Source of the DNA: Planctomycetota bacterium
Lineage (GTDB): Bacteria > Planctomycetota > UBA8108 > SXIK01
Direction of reading: 5' to 3'
DNA length: 64,000 nucleotides
Assembly: GCA_965223845.1 (NCBI GenBank)
Contig: CBDCXR010000004.1
Span: 5,312,001-5,376,000 of the forward strand
The stretch's first letter is position 1. Each line of letters opens with the position of its first letter. Of this stretch, positions 48,301 to 58,700 are shown piece after piece. A model generated the notes under the pieces. The model saw only the letters and a list, made by a program, of their open reading frames with translations, was not told the DNA's origin and made no database searches. Made by a program: the position numbers and the translations under genes.

Positions 48301-50589
48301 CTGTCCGCCGCGCTCGAGATCGACGCCGAATGCGGACTCCTCCGCTTCGCTTCGAGCGCGCGAGCGATCGCGCGGCTCTGGTGGAATCACCTCGCCCCCG
48401 ACGCACAGAAGCGGCGGCAAAGCGAGCTCGCGAGTCTCGGTCACGCGCTCGCGCTGTTTCCCGGCAGCTCGCCGACGGGATCCTACACCGACGATCTCGC
48501 CGCCGAGCTCGGGGAATTCGTTCTTGCGAGCGAGGGTCTTCTCGACGAAGCGCTCGTTCCGGAAGCCGCCGAGTACCTCTACTCCGAGCTCCTCGAGGAA
48601 GGCCCGTTCGTCGTCTCGGCCGACGCGGCACGGATCGTCGAGGCGTTCCGTGACGAAATCGCGAAGAGAAAATCGAAGACCGAGTTCAAGAACCGCCTCG
48701 CGGCAGTCGGCGACGATTGGCGGGCGCGCGTCCGCCTTCTCCGCGACTGGACGAACGCGTTTTTGGCGGCGAAAAATGACCGCGCGGCTCGACCCTACGC
48801 CGACGAAGTCGCGGCGATCTTGGAGTCTGACTCGAGTGAACCCGAAGCGATCGTCACGGCACCCGTCGATCGCGAGATCGGAGATCTCCTCGGAAACCAT
48901 CCGCGGATCAGCGAGGGCGTGTGTCGTCTCGACTACCCCGAGTTCCGCGCACGGGTTCGGCGTCACCGCGACGTCGTCGCCCCGCGCTTCGAGCGCTACG
49001 CCGCTCGAAAGCGCGAGATCGTCGACCGCGCCCGAAACGACCTAAAGCTCGAAGAGTTCAAGCCGCGAGTTCTCAGCTCGTTCGTGCGGAATCGTCTCAT
49101 CGACGAAGTCTATCTCCCCCTCGTCGGCGACAACCTCGCCAAACAGATCGGCGCCGCCGGAGCGGAAAAACGAACCGATCTCATGGGATTGCTCCTCGTC
49201 ATCTCTCCTCCCGGCTACGGGAAGACGACGCTCATGGAGTACATCGCGAGTCGGCTCGGAATCATCTTCATGAAGGTGAACGGCCCCGCGATCGGCCATC
49301 ACGTCACCTCGCTCGATCCCGCCGAAGCACCGAACGCCTCCGCGCGCGAGGAGCTCGAGAAGCTGAATCTCGCCTTCGAGATGGGCGACAACGTGCTCAT
49401 CTACCTCGACGACATTCAGCACTGCAATCCGGAGCTCCTCCAGAAGTTCATCTCCCTCTGCGACGCGCAGCGAAAGATCGAGGGAGTGTTCCGCGGACGC
49501 GCTCGGACCTACGATCTGCGCGGCCGCAAGGTCGCCGTCGTCATGGCGGGAAATCCGTACACGGAGAGCGGCGAGAAGTTTCAGATCCCCGACATGCTCG
49601 CCAACCGAGCCGACACCTACAACCTCGGCGAGATTCTCGGCGGGAACGAAGAAGCGTTCAACATGAGCTATCTCGAGAACGCGATCACTTCAAACCCGGT
49701 GCTGAATCCCCTCGCCACACGGAGCCAGAAGGATGTGTACGCGATCATCCACATGGCAGAGACCGGTTCCGATGACGGTGTCGAGCTCGAAGGGAAGTAC
49801 TCGCTCGAAGAGCTTCAAGAAATGGTCTCGACCATGAAGAAGCTCCTCCGCGTGCGCGACGTGATTCTCCGAGTGAATCGCGAGTACATCCGTTCCGCCG
49901 CTCAGGCTGACGACTACCGTACGGAGCCCGCGTTCAAGCTCCAGGGCTCCTACCGCAACATGAACCGAATCGCCGAGAAGGTGCTTTCGGTCATGAACGA
50001 CGACGAGCTCGAGGCGGTGATCTTCGAAGCCTACGAGAACGACGCGCAGACGCTGACGACCGGCGCCGAAGCGAATCTGCTCAAGTTCAAGGAGATGTTC
50101 GACAAGCTGACACCCGAGGAGACGCGGCGCTGGGAAGAGATCAAAAGAACCTTTCAGCGAAATCTTCTTCTCGGGAGCGCCGGCGACGACAAGTTCGCTC
50201 AGGTGGTCGCGCAGCTCTCGAGCTTCAATGAATCGCTCGCGTCGATCGGCGCGGCAATCGGAGACGCGGCGAAGGCTCGTGATCGATCGAGCCCGATCGC
50301 TTCACCGGCGGGCGCCGGAGCGAAACGCCGCGCCCCCCGTCCTTCGCCTCAAGAGATCCGTGTCGTCAACCGCATCCCGAAGGTATTCCTCAACGTCCTC
50401 GAGCAACAGTTCGAGTTGATGCGCGGCTGGCTCGAGCCTCTCCAAGACGAGAGCCGCCGGCAGTCCACTCAGTTCTCACACCTCCGCGAGCGCGTGGAAG
50501 AATCCCTCTCGCGGCACGCCGAGCTGATCGAGGACCTCCGGCGCTCTGACATCGAGCGCGGGGACGACGGCGACACGACGGGCGATTGA
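45361..50589 (+). CDS. Large AAA+ ATPase (DUF3686-type, often annotated 'DNA repair ATPase')
   Basis: TYEVLKRRL, HPHISIEDRVFVETVGGDLTIKIENNT, coiled coils, Walker A SPPGYGKTT, Walker B LIYLDD, MAGNPYTESG, LQGSYRNMN. Confidence 0.9.
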   Translation: MSDPESNRSDVESTSPEEAIDSSTYEVLKRRLHSSADELQRRLDSLHEARKSAFGSIDFELLTTERVTTRHNCVPRDMVVIGNRLLVGFNVQFGLKTETVPEDVFAVFGFADRKFTEQDLSLVEHPQFAADFRDLYRYYKKTSFLRFAVIGPFLFMVFRVGKSPEDVKTFKWGIEGDRLRYVDNRSDHEYRSPPQHEFEWTRTHRDLHVDGLHPHISIEDRVFVETVGGDLTIKIENNTESGEGIYAEPVDDPDQTLDDAEVYYARVDQLILLKIRPYRESEFRYIVYNEKLQTADRIDSIEGSCVILPEDQGIVFSNGYYLQAGEKKVFDTAAHDMRFDRRIAAPNGEDFLFVFHNHDAGTYTLLPYNIIDQRVENPINGHGHALFENGELILFKGQPEPQKHHALQIWRTPFLGDDAVEFAGDTPLHKIGNRELVRGMAECHAVVVLSRRDEIYADLYVDLVKTCGDLVDSYFWLGDPDCFDLRETIEEIRGTASAAVGEFEKVVAVRRSTDAQVAEVTAATRSAMRDAGLRRFEAIDDFVASLSELRGVRGRIISLRDLRYIDGAVVDALEAEVETASAEIAERCVTFLLDPAALDPYEERVESLRAGIDPLSTVSEAKALSEHIDTLAGELELLIETVSNLKIADATKRTEIVDRISSVFATVNGVRATLRGKTQTLASAEGIAEFNSQIKLLGQSVVNYLDLCDSPEKCDDYLTKVMVQLEEMEGKFAEFDEFVVQLAEKRDEVYTAFEGRKVSLLEKRNKRAASLASAADRILSGIRARVDKLESVDEINGFFAADLLVDKVRDLLVELGDLDDSVKVDEIESRLKTIREDSVRQLKDRLDLYTGGGSLIQLGRHQFSVNTQPLDLTTVSKDGELCLHLTGTDFLDPISDAELTATGDVAGLEVVSESPEVYRGEYLAYQLLTAGAAAGNGTAPTEDWLSLDRDTRLERIQKFMSTRYSEAYTKGVHDQDAERILSAALEIDAECGLLRFASSARAIARLWWNHLAPDAQKRRQSELASLGHALALFPGSSPTGSYTDDLAAELGEFVLASEGLLDEALVPEAAEYLYSELLEEGPFVVSADAARIVEAFRDEIAKRKSKTEFKNRLAAVGDDWRARVRLLRDWTNAFLAAKNDRAARPYADEVAAILESDSSEPEAIVTAPVDREIGDLLGNHPRISEGVCRLDYPEFRARVRRHRDVVAPRFERYAARKREIVDRARNDLKLEEFKPRVLSSFVRNRLIDEVYLPLVGDNLAKQIGAAGAEKRTDLMGLLLVISPPGYGKTTLMEYIASRLGIIFMKVNGPAIGHHVTSLDPAEAPNASAREELEKLNLAFEMGDNVLIYLDDIQHCNPELLQKFISLCDAQRKIEGVFRGRARTYDLRGRKVAVVMAGNPYTESGEKFQIPDMLANRADTYNLGEILGGNEEAFNMSYLENAITSNPVLNPLATRSQKDVYAIIHMAETGSDDGVELEGKYSLEELQEMVSTMKKLLRVRDVILRVNREYIRSAAQADDYRTEPAFKLQGSYRNMNRIAEKVLSVMNDDELEAVIFEAYENDAQTLTTGAEANLLKFKEMFDKLTPEETRRWEEIKRTFQRNLLLGSAGDDKFAQVVAQLSSFNESLASIGAAIGDAAKARDRSSPIASPAGAGAKRRAPRPSPQEIRVVNRIPKVFLNVLEQQFELMRGWLEPLQDESRRQSTQFSHLRERVEESLSRHAELIEDLRRSDIERGDDGDTTGD

Positions 50590-50700
50590 GCCGCGGCAGT
50601 CGGCGTACCGCGGAACCGAGGCGGACGCGTTCTCGGACCTTCCCGGCTCGGCGCCTCGCCGCTCGCGTGATTCCGCAAACGTGGAGCGGGAGCGAGACCG

Positions 50701-53229
50701 ATGACCGATGTGGGCTCGGCGTGTTCGGGACGAGCCCACGCGCGGAGCTCCCCCGGACCCGTTCTCACTCGCACTCTTTCGATGCACTCTCGGCTGAAGC
50801 TCCTTCCCCTGCTCTCACGTCGCGAATCCTCACCGCAGTGGATCGCCGGTCTAGCGGCGCTCGGACTCGGCGCGACGGTCGCGACGGTTCTCATCGGGCG
50901 AGCCCTTCCCCCGGAGGCAGCGCTCGCGTCGGCCGACAACGCGCATCTCTACGTACCCGTCCGCGCGATGACCGCATGGTCGCTCGCCGGGGGCGAGCTG
51001 CCGCTCTGGAACCCCTACGTCGGCTGCGGGGTCCCGTTTCTCGCCAACCCGATGACGCAGAGCGTCTATCCGGGAAACTTCGTGTTTCTCCTCTTCGGTG
51101 CGGTCGCGGGAATCAAAGTGTTCTACGTCGCACACACAGCGCTCCTCACTTACGCGTTTTCCTCACTCGCGCGCGCGTTCGGAGCCTCGCGGAGAGCGTC
51201 GATCGCAGGCGGCCTTCTGTTCGCTCTCGCCGGACCGATCGTCAGCCTCCACTGGAATCCACTCTGGACGGCGGGGCTTCCTTGGATGCTTCTCGCACTC
51301 GCGTCGACGCATCTCTTGGTTCTCGGGCGCGTCGAGGTGAAACGCCTCCTCGCCATCGCCGCCTGCCTCGCGCTCACGGTACTCGCGGGCGGATTCGAGC
51401 TGATCGTCGGCTACACCTTCTTCGCGGCAGCGGACGTCGCCGCCGCGACGTTCCTGAGGCGCGATCGTCTCGCCGGATCATCGCTTAGAGGTCGCGTCCA
51501 GCGAGCGACGATGTACTACGGCGCCCTTACGGTCGCCGGGTCGGCAGCACTCGCTCTCGGCGCGATTCAACTTCTCCCCGCGCTCGAGCTCTTTCGCGAG
51601 AGCTCTCGCTCGTGCGGCGTCTCCATGGCGACAGCCGGGCTGTGGTCCCTTCCTCCTCTTCGTCTCCTCGAATGGCTCGCACCGCAGCTCTACCTGGAAC
51701 CCGAGAGCGGGACTCACTGGGGAACGCTTCTCCTCCCGAACGAATCGTACTACTCGACGCCGTTCCTCCCCGGGATCTACCTCGGCGCGCCCGCGGTGAT
51801 TCTCGCTGCGATCGGTGTCGGACGGATTCGCCGCGGGGATCGCCGGCTTCTTCTCGGCACGTTCGTCTGCACGCTCGTCCTCGCGTTCGGAATCACGACG
51901 CCGATCTTCGAGCTCGCACGGAACCTCGTCCCCGGAATCGCACTCTTCCGCTATCCGGTGAAGCTCGTCGTGTTCGCGGTCATCCCGCTCGCACTCGCTG
52001 CGACGTTCGGCGTCGATGCGCTCCTCACGAAATCCGATGGCGCGCGACGCCCCGCGGCGGTCGCCTGGATCGTCACGCTCCTCGTCGCTCTTCCGCTTTC
52101 GTTCCTCGTGTTCGCTCCGGATCCGTTCGAGGCGTGGCTCAGCGATCGTCTCGCCCGCACTTCGTTCGAGACTCACGCCGCGGCGCTCGTTCGAGCCGCG
52201 CGAAGCGCACTTCTCTACGGGACGATTCTCGCGGCTGCGGTGTCGGCGCTCATCAGCCTCCGCCGTCGCTTTCCGGCTTCGATCGGTGCCGGCCTGATCC
52301 TCGTCGTCGCGATCGCCGATCTCGTCATCGTCGGGCGTGATCTCGTCGAAACGGCGCCCACGCTCGGCGTCGTCGTTCGTCCGCCGAACGTTCCCGCCCC
52401 AGCCGCACTCGCCGATCCGACTGGCGAGCAGCGCATTCACTGCGTTCCCCCCGGCCCCTTTCGCTACTTTTTTCAGCCGTATCACGCGATGCAGTTCGGC
52501 TACCGGAGCACCGTCGACTACGGTGCGATGGATCTTCGCGGGCACTCGCTCCTCAGAGACGCGCTCGGCGAGAACGATCCGCGCCTCCTCGCGCTCGCTT
52601 CCGCTCGCCTGCGTCTCAGCGTCCCCCTGGAATCCCCTCACATCTTCGAGGCGCGGATCGAGTCGGTTCCCACCCTGCCGCGTGCGCGGCTCGTTCCGTT
52701 CGCGGCGATTGCGGAGAGCGACGACGACGCGATCGGCTACATCGCCTCGGCGGCGTTCCGTCCGGAGCGCGAGGTCGTTCTCAGCGACGCACCGATCGAG
52801 CTCGGACGCGTCAATCGTTCCCGAACGCCGAAGAACGAGCCCGCCGGAAGCGAGGATCGTTGCCGATTGACGATCGACGAACGGCGACACATCCGCATCG
52901 ACATCGAGACAGCGTCCGAGGCGTTCCTCGTCCTCAGCGATACTTGGTATCCAGGCTGGGAGACGACCGTCGACGGCGAGCAAGCGAGCTGCTATCGCGC
53001 CAATCTCGCGTTTCGCGCGGTGCGAGTCCCGCCGGGACGCCATGTGGTCGAGTTCCGCTATCGCCCGCTCTCGATCCTCTGGGGCATCGCGACAAGTGCG
53101 GTCGCAGCAAGTTGCCTCGGCGCCGTTTTCGTTATCGGGGCGATGCGCCGGCGACGAGAACGCGTCGAGCGAGTAGCGACGACACGCTCCGCTGCGATCG
53201 AAACGCCGACGCTCGCGCCCACACCGTAG
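50701..53229 (+). CDS. YfhO-family polytopic membrane protein (GT-C-like)
   Basis: GELPLWNPYVGCGVPFLANP, LGAIQLLP, FRYP, LVLSDTWYPGW...RANLAFRAV..PPGRH.VEFRYRP. Alternative start at 50782. Confidence 0.85.
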   Translation: MTDVGSACSGRAHARSSPGPVLTRTLSMHSRLKLLPLLSRRESSPQWIAGLAALGLGATVATVLIGRALPPEAALASADNAHLYVPVRAMTAWSLAGGELPLWNPYVGCGVPFLANPMTQSVYPGNFVFLLFGAVAGIKVFYVAHTALLTYAFSSLARAFGASRRASIAGGLLFALAGPIVSLHWNPLWTAGLPWMLLALASTHLLVLGRVEVKRLLAIAACLALTVLAGGFELIVGYTFFAAADVAAATFLRRDRLAGSSLRGRVQRATMYYGALTVAGSAALALGAIQLLPALELFRESSRSCGVSMATAGLWSLPPLRLLEWLAPQLYLEPESGTHWGTLLLPNESYYSTPFLPGIYLGAPAVILAAIGVGRIRRGDRRLLLGTFVCTLVLAFGITTPIFELARNLVPGIALFRYPVKLVVFAVIPLALAATFGVDALLTKSDGARRPAAVAWIVTLLVALPLSFLVFAPDPFEAWLSDRLARTSFETHAAALVRAARSALLYGTILAAAVSALISLRRRFPASIGAGLILVVAIADLVIVGRDLVETAPTLGVVVRPPNVPAPAALADPTGEQRIHCVPPGPFRYFFQPYHAMQFGYRSTVDYGAMDLRGHSLLRDALGENDPRLLALASARLRLSVPLESPHIFEARIESVPTLPRARLVPFAAIAESDDDAIGYIASAAFRPEREVVLSDAPIELGRVNRSRTPKNEPAGSEDRCRLTIDERRHIRIDIETASEAFLVLSDTWYPGWETTVDGEQASCYRANLAFRAVRVPPGRHVVEFRYRPLSILWGIATSAVAASCLGAVFVIGAMRRRRERVERVATTRSAAIETPTLAPTP

Positions 53230-53281
53230 ACCCGTTCCCAGAGCGCACTCGCTGTAACCTAATCCCCCTACTTCACGTCCT

Positions 53282-55732
53282 ATGTTCTCCGTTTCCTTCC
53301 GAAGCGCTCACGACGCCCTCCGTCGCCGCACGCGCCGAATCGTCACCTCGCCGCGCGCGTCCGCGGTGATCGGTGGAGCGACGCTCGCGGGAACGGGCGT
53401 CCTCACGCTCCTCTGGGCGGCGCTCCCGTCGGATGTCGTCCTCTCGACGCTCGACGCCGCTCACCTCTATCTCCCGATCAAGGTACGCACGGCACTCGCG
53501 TTCGAATTCGGACATCTACCGCTCTGGACGCCCGAAGTCGGCTGCGGAGTTCCCTTCCTCGCAAACCCGATGACGCAGGCGCTCTATCCCGGAAACACTC
53601 TCTTCGCTCTCCTCCCGGCGATTCCCGGCATGAAGGCCTTTGTCGCTATCCACCTCGCCGGCGCAGCGGTCGCGTTCTACTGGCTCGCCGGAACGTATAC
53701 GCGTCGCCGCGCGGCTCGGGCCCTCGGCGCAGTGACGTTCGCGGCGAGCGGCGCGATCGTCAGCCTTCACTGGAATCCGCTGTGGATCGCGGGTCTCCCG
53801 TGGCTTCTCGTCGCGCTTCATTCCGTCCGGAGCGCGCTTCGAGGGACCGGTTTCGGAGCGTACGCGACGATCGCGCTCGCGCTCGCGATGCTGATCTTCG
53901 CCGGCGCCTTCGAAATCGCGGTCGGCTTCGCGTGGCTCGCCGGCGTCGAGGTCGTCGCCGCACTACTCGGTTCGCGTGATCGGAAGGAGCTCACTCCGAG
54001 TGGCGAGTGCGCGGATACTGGTAGAGGATCGACCGCGAGAACTCTCCTCGCTAGGTGCGGTGGACTCGCGGGCGCGGCAGCCGTCGCGGCGGCGGTCGGT
54101 GCGGTTCAGCTCCTCCCGACTCTCGAGCTTCTCGGCGAGACTTCGCGCGCGTCGGGCCTCGGCGGCCGGGAAGCGGGCGAGTGGTCGCTCGTTTCCGCAC
54201 GCCTTCTCGAGACGGTAGCTCCCGGTGCCTTCGGGAACAGCGCCGTCGGCGAAGGCTGGTCGTTCCTTCTCGGAGGAAGCGATCTCAGCCGCACGTCGTT
54301 TCTCGCGGGGCTGTATCTAGGTGTTCCCGCGCTCGCGCTCGCGATCGCAGCGATCACCAGGGCGCGCCGGGAGACGATCGTCGTCGCCGGTTTGCTAGTC
54401 GTGTGCGTCCTTCTCGCTCTCGGCGACGCGACGCCCGCCTTCGCCGCGGCGCGCGAATTCCTGCCCGGCGTCGCGCTCTTTCGTTATCCCGTAAAGCTGT
54501 TTGCATTCGCGATGGTTCCGCTCGCGCTTCTCGTGACTCTCGGCGCGGCGGCAGTCTTCGACCGCGACGAGCGAGCGACGCGCGCCGCTTCGTGGTGCGG
54601 AGCGATGCTCACCTTTGCGCTGACGCTCGGTGTCGTCCTTCACGCCGCGGAGATCGCGTCGCTCAAGGAGTGGATGAACGTCCGCTCGGTCGAAAGCGAG
54701 CGTCCTCTCGACACCGATGCGCTCGCGTCGATGCTTCGGTGGTCTCTCGTCCACGGCGCGCTCGTCGGCGGCGCTTGGCTCGCCTGGCTCGCGCGGTGGA
54801 AACGGCGCGAGTCGGCGGCGCTCATCGTTCTGCTCGTCGCGGGGATCGGTCTCGATCTCACCCTCGTCAATCGCCGCTGGGTCGCGGTCACGCCCGCCGA
54901 ACGCATCGCCGCGCGACCGCGTGAGCTTCCTCCGCCGAGCGCACTTTGGGCTCCTGCCGGCGAGCGGCGCATCGGCTGCGTGCTGCCGGGGCCGTACCAG
55001 TACTTCTACGATCCTTACCTCGCTGCGCTCCACGGCTACCGCGCCACGCTCGACTACGGTTCGGTCTCCCTCCGAACGCACGCCGAGCTCGACGGCGCGG
55101 CTCAAGCGTCCTCGCTGGGCTCGGACCGCCGACTCGAGCTTTCCGCGGCCGCGGTGCGCGTGCGTCTCTCCGAGACTCGCGAGCTCCTCGTCGAACCGCT
55201 GCCCCGGGCCGTGCCGAGGGCGTACCTCGTCCCGCGGGCGTCGATCGCGACCGACGACGCCGGCGCTCGCTGGTACGCCGGGACGCCCGAGTTCGATCCG
55301 CTCACCGAAGTGATCTTGTCCGACGCGCCGCTCGCGCTCGCAGAGACCGGACGAGATGCGAACGGACGTCCGACCGGCGGCGGGGCATCCGGTCAAGTCG
55401 CAATCGAGGTGGATCGACCGCGCGAGGTTCGAATCGACGTCAAAGCCGAACGCGACAGCTTTCTCGTCCTCACCGACTCGTGGTACCCCGGCTGGGAGGT
55501 CGAGGTCGACGGCGAGCAACGCGAGATTTACCGGGCGAACCTCGCATTCCGCGCCGTGCCGCTCACCTCCGGCCGTCACGAGGTCGTTTTCTCCTATCGA
55601 CCGCGCAGCGTTGCCCGCGGTCTCGCGATCAGCAGCACTTCGATCGTCGGCGCGCTCGCGATCGCTCTCGTCGTCCTGGGACGCCGACTACGCGGCCGGA
55701 CGGTCGCTCTCAGAGCGAGCTCAAGTACTTGA
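53282..55732 (+). CDS. YfhO-family polytopic membrane protein, tandem paralog
   Basis: GHLPLWTPEVGCGVPFLANP, VGAVQLLP, FRYP, LVLTDSWYPGW...RANLAFRAV...GRHEV.FSYRP. Confidence 0.85.
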   Translation: MFSVSFRSAHDALRRRTRRIVTSPRASAVIGGATLAGTGVLTLLWAALPSDVVLSTLDAAHLYLPIKVRTALAFEFGHLPLWTPEVGCGVPFLANPMTQALYPGNTLFALLPAIPGMKAFVAIHLAGAAVAFYWLAGTYTRRRAARALGAVTFAASGAIVSLHWNPLWIAGLPWLLVALHSVRSALRGTGFGAYATIALALAMLIFAGAFEIAVGFAWLAGVEVVAALLGSRDRKELTPSGECADTGRGSTARTLLARCGGLAGAAAVAAAVGAVQLLPTLELLGETSRASGLGGREAGEWSLVSARLLETVAPGAFGNSAVGEGWSFLLGGSDLSRTSFLAGLYLGVPALALAIAAITRARRETIVVAGLLVVCVLLALGDATPAFAAAREFLPGVALFRYPVKLFAFAMVPLALLVTLGAAAVFDRDERATRAASWCGAMLTFALTLGVVLHAAEIASLKEWMNVRSVESERPLDTDALASMLRWSLVHGALVGGAWLAWLARWKRRESAALIVLLVAGIGLDLTLVNRRWVAVTPAERIAARPRELPPPSALWAPAGERRIGCVLPGPYQYFYDPYLAALHGYRATLDYGSVSLRTHAELDGAAQASSLGSDRRLELSAAAVRVRLSETRELLVEPLPRAVPRAYLVPRASIATDDAGARWYAGTPEFDPLTEVILSDAPLALAETGRDANGRPTGGGASGQVAIEVDRPREVRIDVKAERDSFLVLTDSWYPGWEVEVDGEQREIYRANLAFRAVPLTSGRHEVVFSYRPRSVARGLAISSTSIVGALAIALVVLGRRLRGRTVALRASSST

Positions 55733-58700
55733 GAAGCTCGATCAGCTCGCGTTCGCTCAGATCGTCGACGAGTCCTTCCGGCATGAACGACGACATCTCC
55801 TTTTCCCGCGCAGCGATCTCTTCTGCCTTGAGCACGACGGTCTCCGTGAGCGTTCGCAGCGTGACGCTCTCCTCCGTTTCCGCGAGGACGAGACCCGAGA
55901 GAACCGATCCGTCGTCCGTCGTAATCACCGTGAGCTGAAAGTCCTCACCGACGACTGCGTTTGGATCGAGGACACTCTCGAGAAAATACGCCGCACCGTT
56001 CCTGCCGGAACCGCGGAGATCGGGGCCGAGCGGCGTCGCGGTCGTGTTGCCCGCCACAGCCGCGGCCGCGTTCGGCGAGTGGCACGTAGCGCACAACTCG
56101 TCGAAGGTTTTCTTTCCCGCGCCGCCGTCGTAGGCCCAAAGCGGAGCCTCGGTGAAGAGCTTCGCGTAGCGCGCAAGGCGAGACGACACATCGCCCGAGG
56201 TGTCGCGCACGGTTCCCCACAGCTTTGCGATCAGTGTGTTCACTTCGCCGTCGCGGAGATTCCGAAGTTGGCGCACGTGAAACGAGTTCAGGTGCTTCTT
56301 GTCGATTCGCCCCGCGACCACCGCCTCGAGGAGCAACCGCGCCGAGGGCGCCCGCACGATGAGCGTTCCGAGGGCGAGAGCGCGCTCGCGGTCGTCGAGC
56401 CGAGCGAACCGCTCGAGGATCGCTCCCGGAATCTCGGCGGCGCCGAAGCGCGCGAGAAGCCGGAGGACTCCCGCTCGAAGCTCCGGAACGTCGAGAAGCT
56501 TGAGGAACGCCGGGACCGATTTCGCGTCGGCGACGCTCGCGAGCACCTCGAATGCGCCGCGGCGCTCGGATTCGACGGAGAGCGCTTTCCTCAACTTCGA
56601 AAGCACGTTCTCGTCGGAGAGAAGCGCTCCGACGCGCTCGGCTCGGTCGCGAATCGCCGGATCGGAGTGCGCGTAGAGTTTGCCCGCGACCTTCGCCCAG
56701 GCCTCTGGTGCGCGCGAGGGCGAGAGTCCGCGGCGGGCAAAGAGAACCAGCTCGAGCGTACGTCGTTCGGCATCCGCCGACGGGCTTCGGGCGAGGCCCT
56801 CGAGCAGGCGAGCGAGCCCGGTCTCCGTCTTCGCCGCGTGCCAAACGACGAAGTCGCGGAGTTGGGGCCATCGCGTCCTCGCGGCGAGCCCGAGCGCGCG
56901 CTCGAGATCACCGTCGACGTGCGGCGCGATCCCGTACCAGACCATCCGCGGCAGGTAGGCGTCGCCCGCATCCTCTGCGCGCGCAGCGAGCGCCGCAGCG
57001 AGTTTCCAAGCGAGCTCCGTAGGTGCGTCTGCGATGTAGGACGCCACCGCGAGGCGAACTCGCGCCGACGGGTCGCTCTCGGCGAGTCGAAGGAGCGACG
57101 CCGCCTGCCGCTCTGCGCGACCCGGATCTTCCGTCGCGAGACGGACGAACCACGCGCGGACGTCGTCGCTCGGCGAAGCGAGCAGCCGAGCGAAGTCCTC
57201 GGTCCGAAGCGCGCCGATCCCGTGAAGCGTCCACGCCGCGCGGAGGACGTCCGTCGCTCGATCGCCCTTGAGACCATCGCGAAGCGCCGCGATCGCGTCC
57301 CGTTCGATCGCGCGCCGTGTCGATCGCTCGTGGAGAAGCCGCCGCGAGGTTCGTGCGTACCAGGCGTTCCGATGGTCCTGCAGGCGAGCGAGCTCGAGGT
57401 CGGAAAGTTGGCGGAGATCGACCGAGCGCGGCGCGTAGGTCGAGGCGTAACTCATCCGGTAGATGCGACCGGTCGCGCGATCCCAACTCTCCGTATTCGG
57501 GCTGTGACAGTGCTGCCGGTCGTACCAATCGATGATGTAGACGGCGCCGTCGGGGCCGTAGTCGAGATCGACCGCGACGTACTGCGGGTCGTCGACGAAG
57601 AGAATATCCGTCCCCGCGTGCGTCGTTTCGTAGCCTGCTCCGCGGCGCTCGTTCACCTGACGGTTGATCTGGTGGCCGTGGAGGTTGTGCGTGAAGAGTT
57701 GCCCGCGGTACTCCTCGGGCCAATTGTCGCCGAGGTAGACCATCGTGCCGACGTGAGAATGCCCGCCGTAGAGAGCGCGACTTCCGGGCTTCCCGGCGCC
57801 GCCTTCCCCGTGACCGTAGCGAGCAGACGCGCGGAGGAAGTTTCGGAGATGCGGCAAGCCCGCGGGATGAGTTCCCGAGACGAACGGTGCATGGCGAGCG
57901 TTCGCTTGATTCCAGTAGTGTCCGCGAAGGACGACGTGCGTCGTGGGACCGCCGCCCCAATAACTCCGACAGTGCGTCATGAAGAGCTCGCCCACTTCGT
58001 CGAAATCGAGCCCCCACTGATTGCTGCCACCGTGCGCGAAGACCTCGAAGGTCTTTCTCGTCGGGTGGTAGCGCCACACTCCGGCGTAGAGAAGAACGCG
58101 GTTCTCCTCGGGCGTGCCCGGAATCCCGATGCGCGAGGCGTTGAACACGCCTTGATTCCCGTAGAGCCAGCCATCCGGCCCCCACGCGAAATTGTTCAGC
58201 GTTTCGTGCGTATCTTGGTAGCCCCAGCCGTCGAGCACGACCTCCGCGGCGCCGTCGGGAACGTCGTCTTCATCCGCGTCCGGGACAAAGAGGAGCTGCG
58301 GCGCGGCGCCGATCCAAACTCCGCCGTGGCCCAGTTCGAGACCGCTCACTAGATTGAGGCCAGCGAGAAACACCTTCTTCTCGTCGAAGGAACCGTCGCC
58401 GTCGGTGTCGGCGAGGATGGAGATGCGATCTTGCCCCTCACCCTCCGGACGGCGCTGCGGGTAGGTGAACGCCTCGGCGATCCACAAACGGCCGCGCGCG
58501 TCGAAGGTGAACGCAATCGGCTGGAGAACGCGCGGCTCGGCGGCGACGAGATCGAGGCGGAATCCCGCGGGGACGTAGGCGTTCGCGACCGTCCGCTCGG
58601 CAGCACTGGTCGGATCGCTTCCGATCGGGTTTCGCTGGAGATGCGTGAGCAGGGGATTCGCGCGCAGGCGACGAGGTCGTCCGAGCGCTCGAAGCTCGCC

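Noticed and set aside
55356-58352. 998-aa plus-strand ORF and similar long antisense ORFs (e.g. 47032..48966, 35634..37496, 5769..7325, 2681..3682)
   Set aside because: Shadow frames opposite well-supported genes, expected in high-GC DNA; no recognisable motifs.
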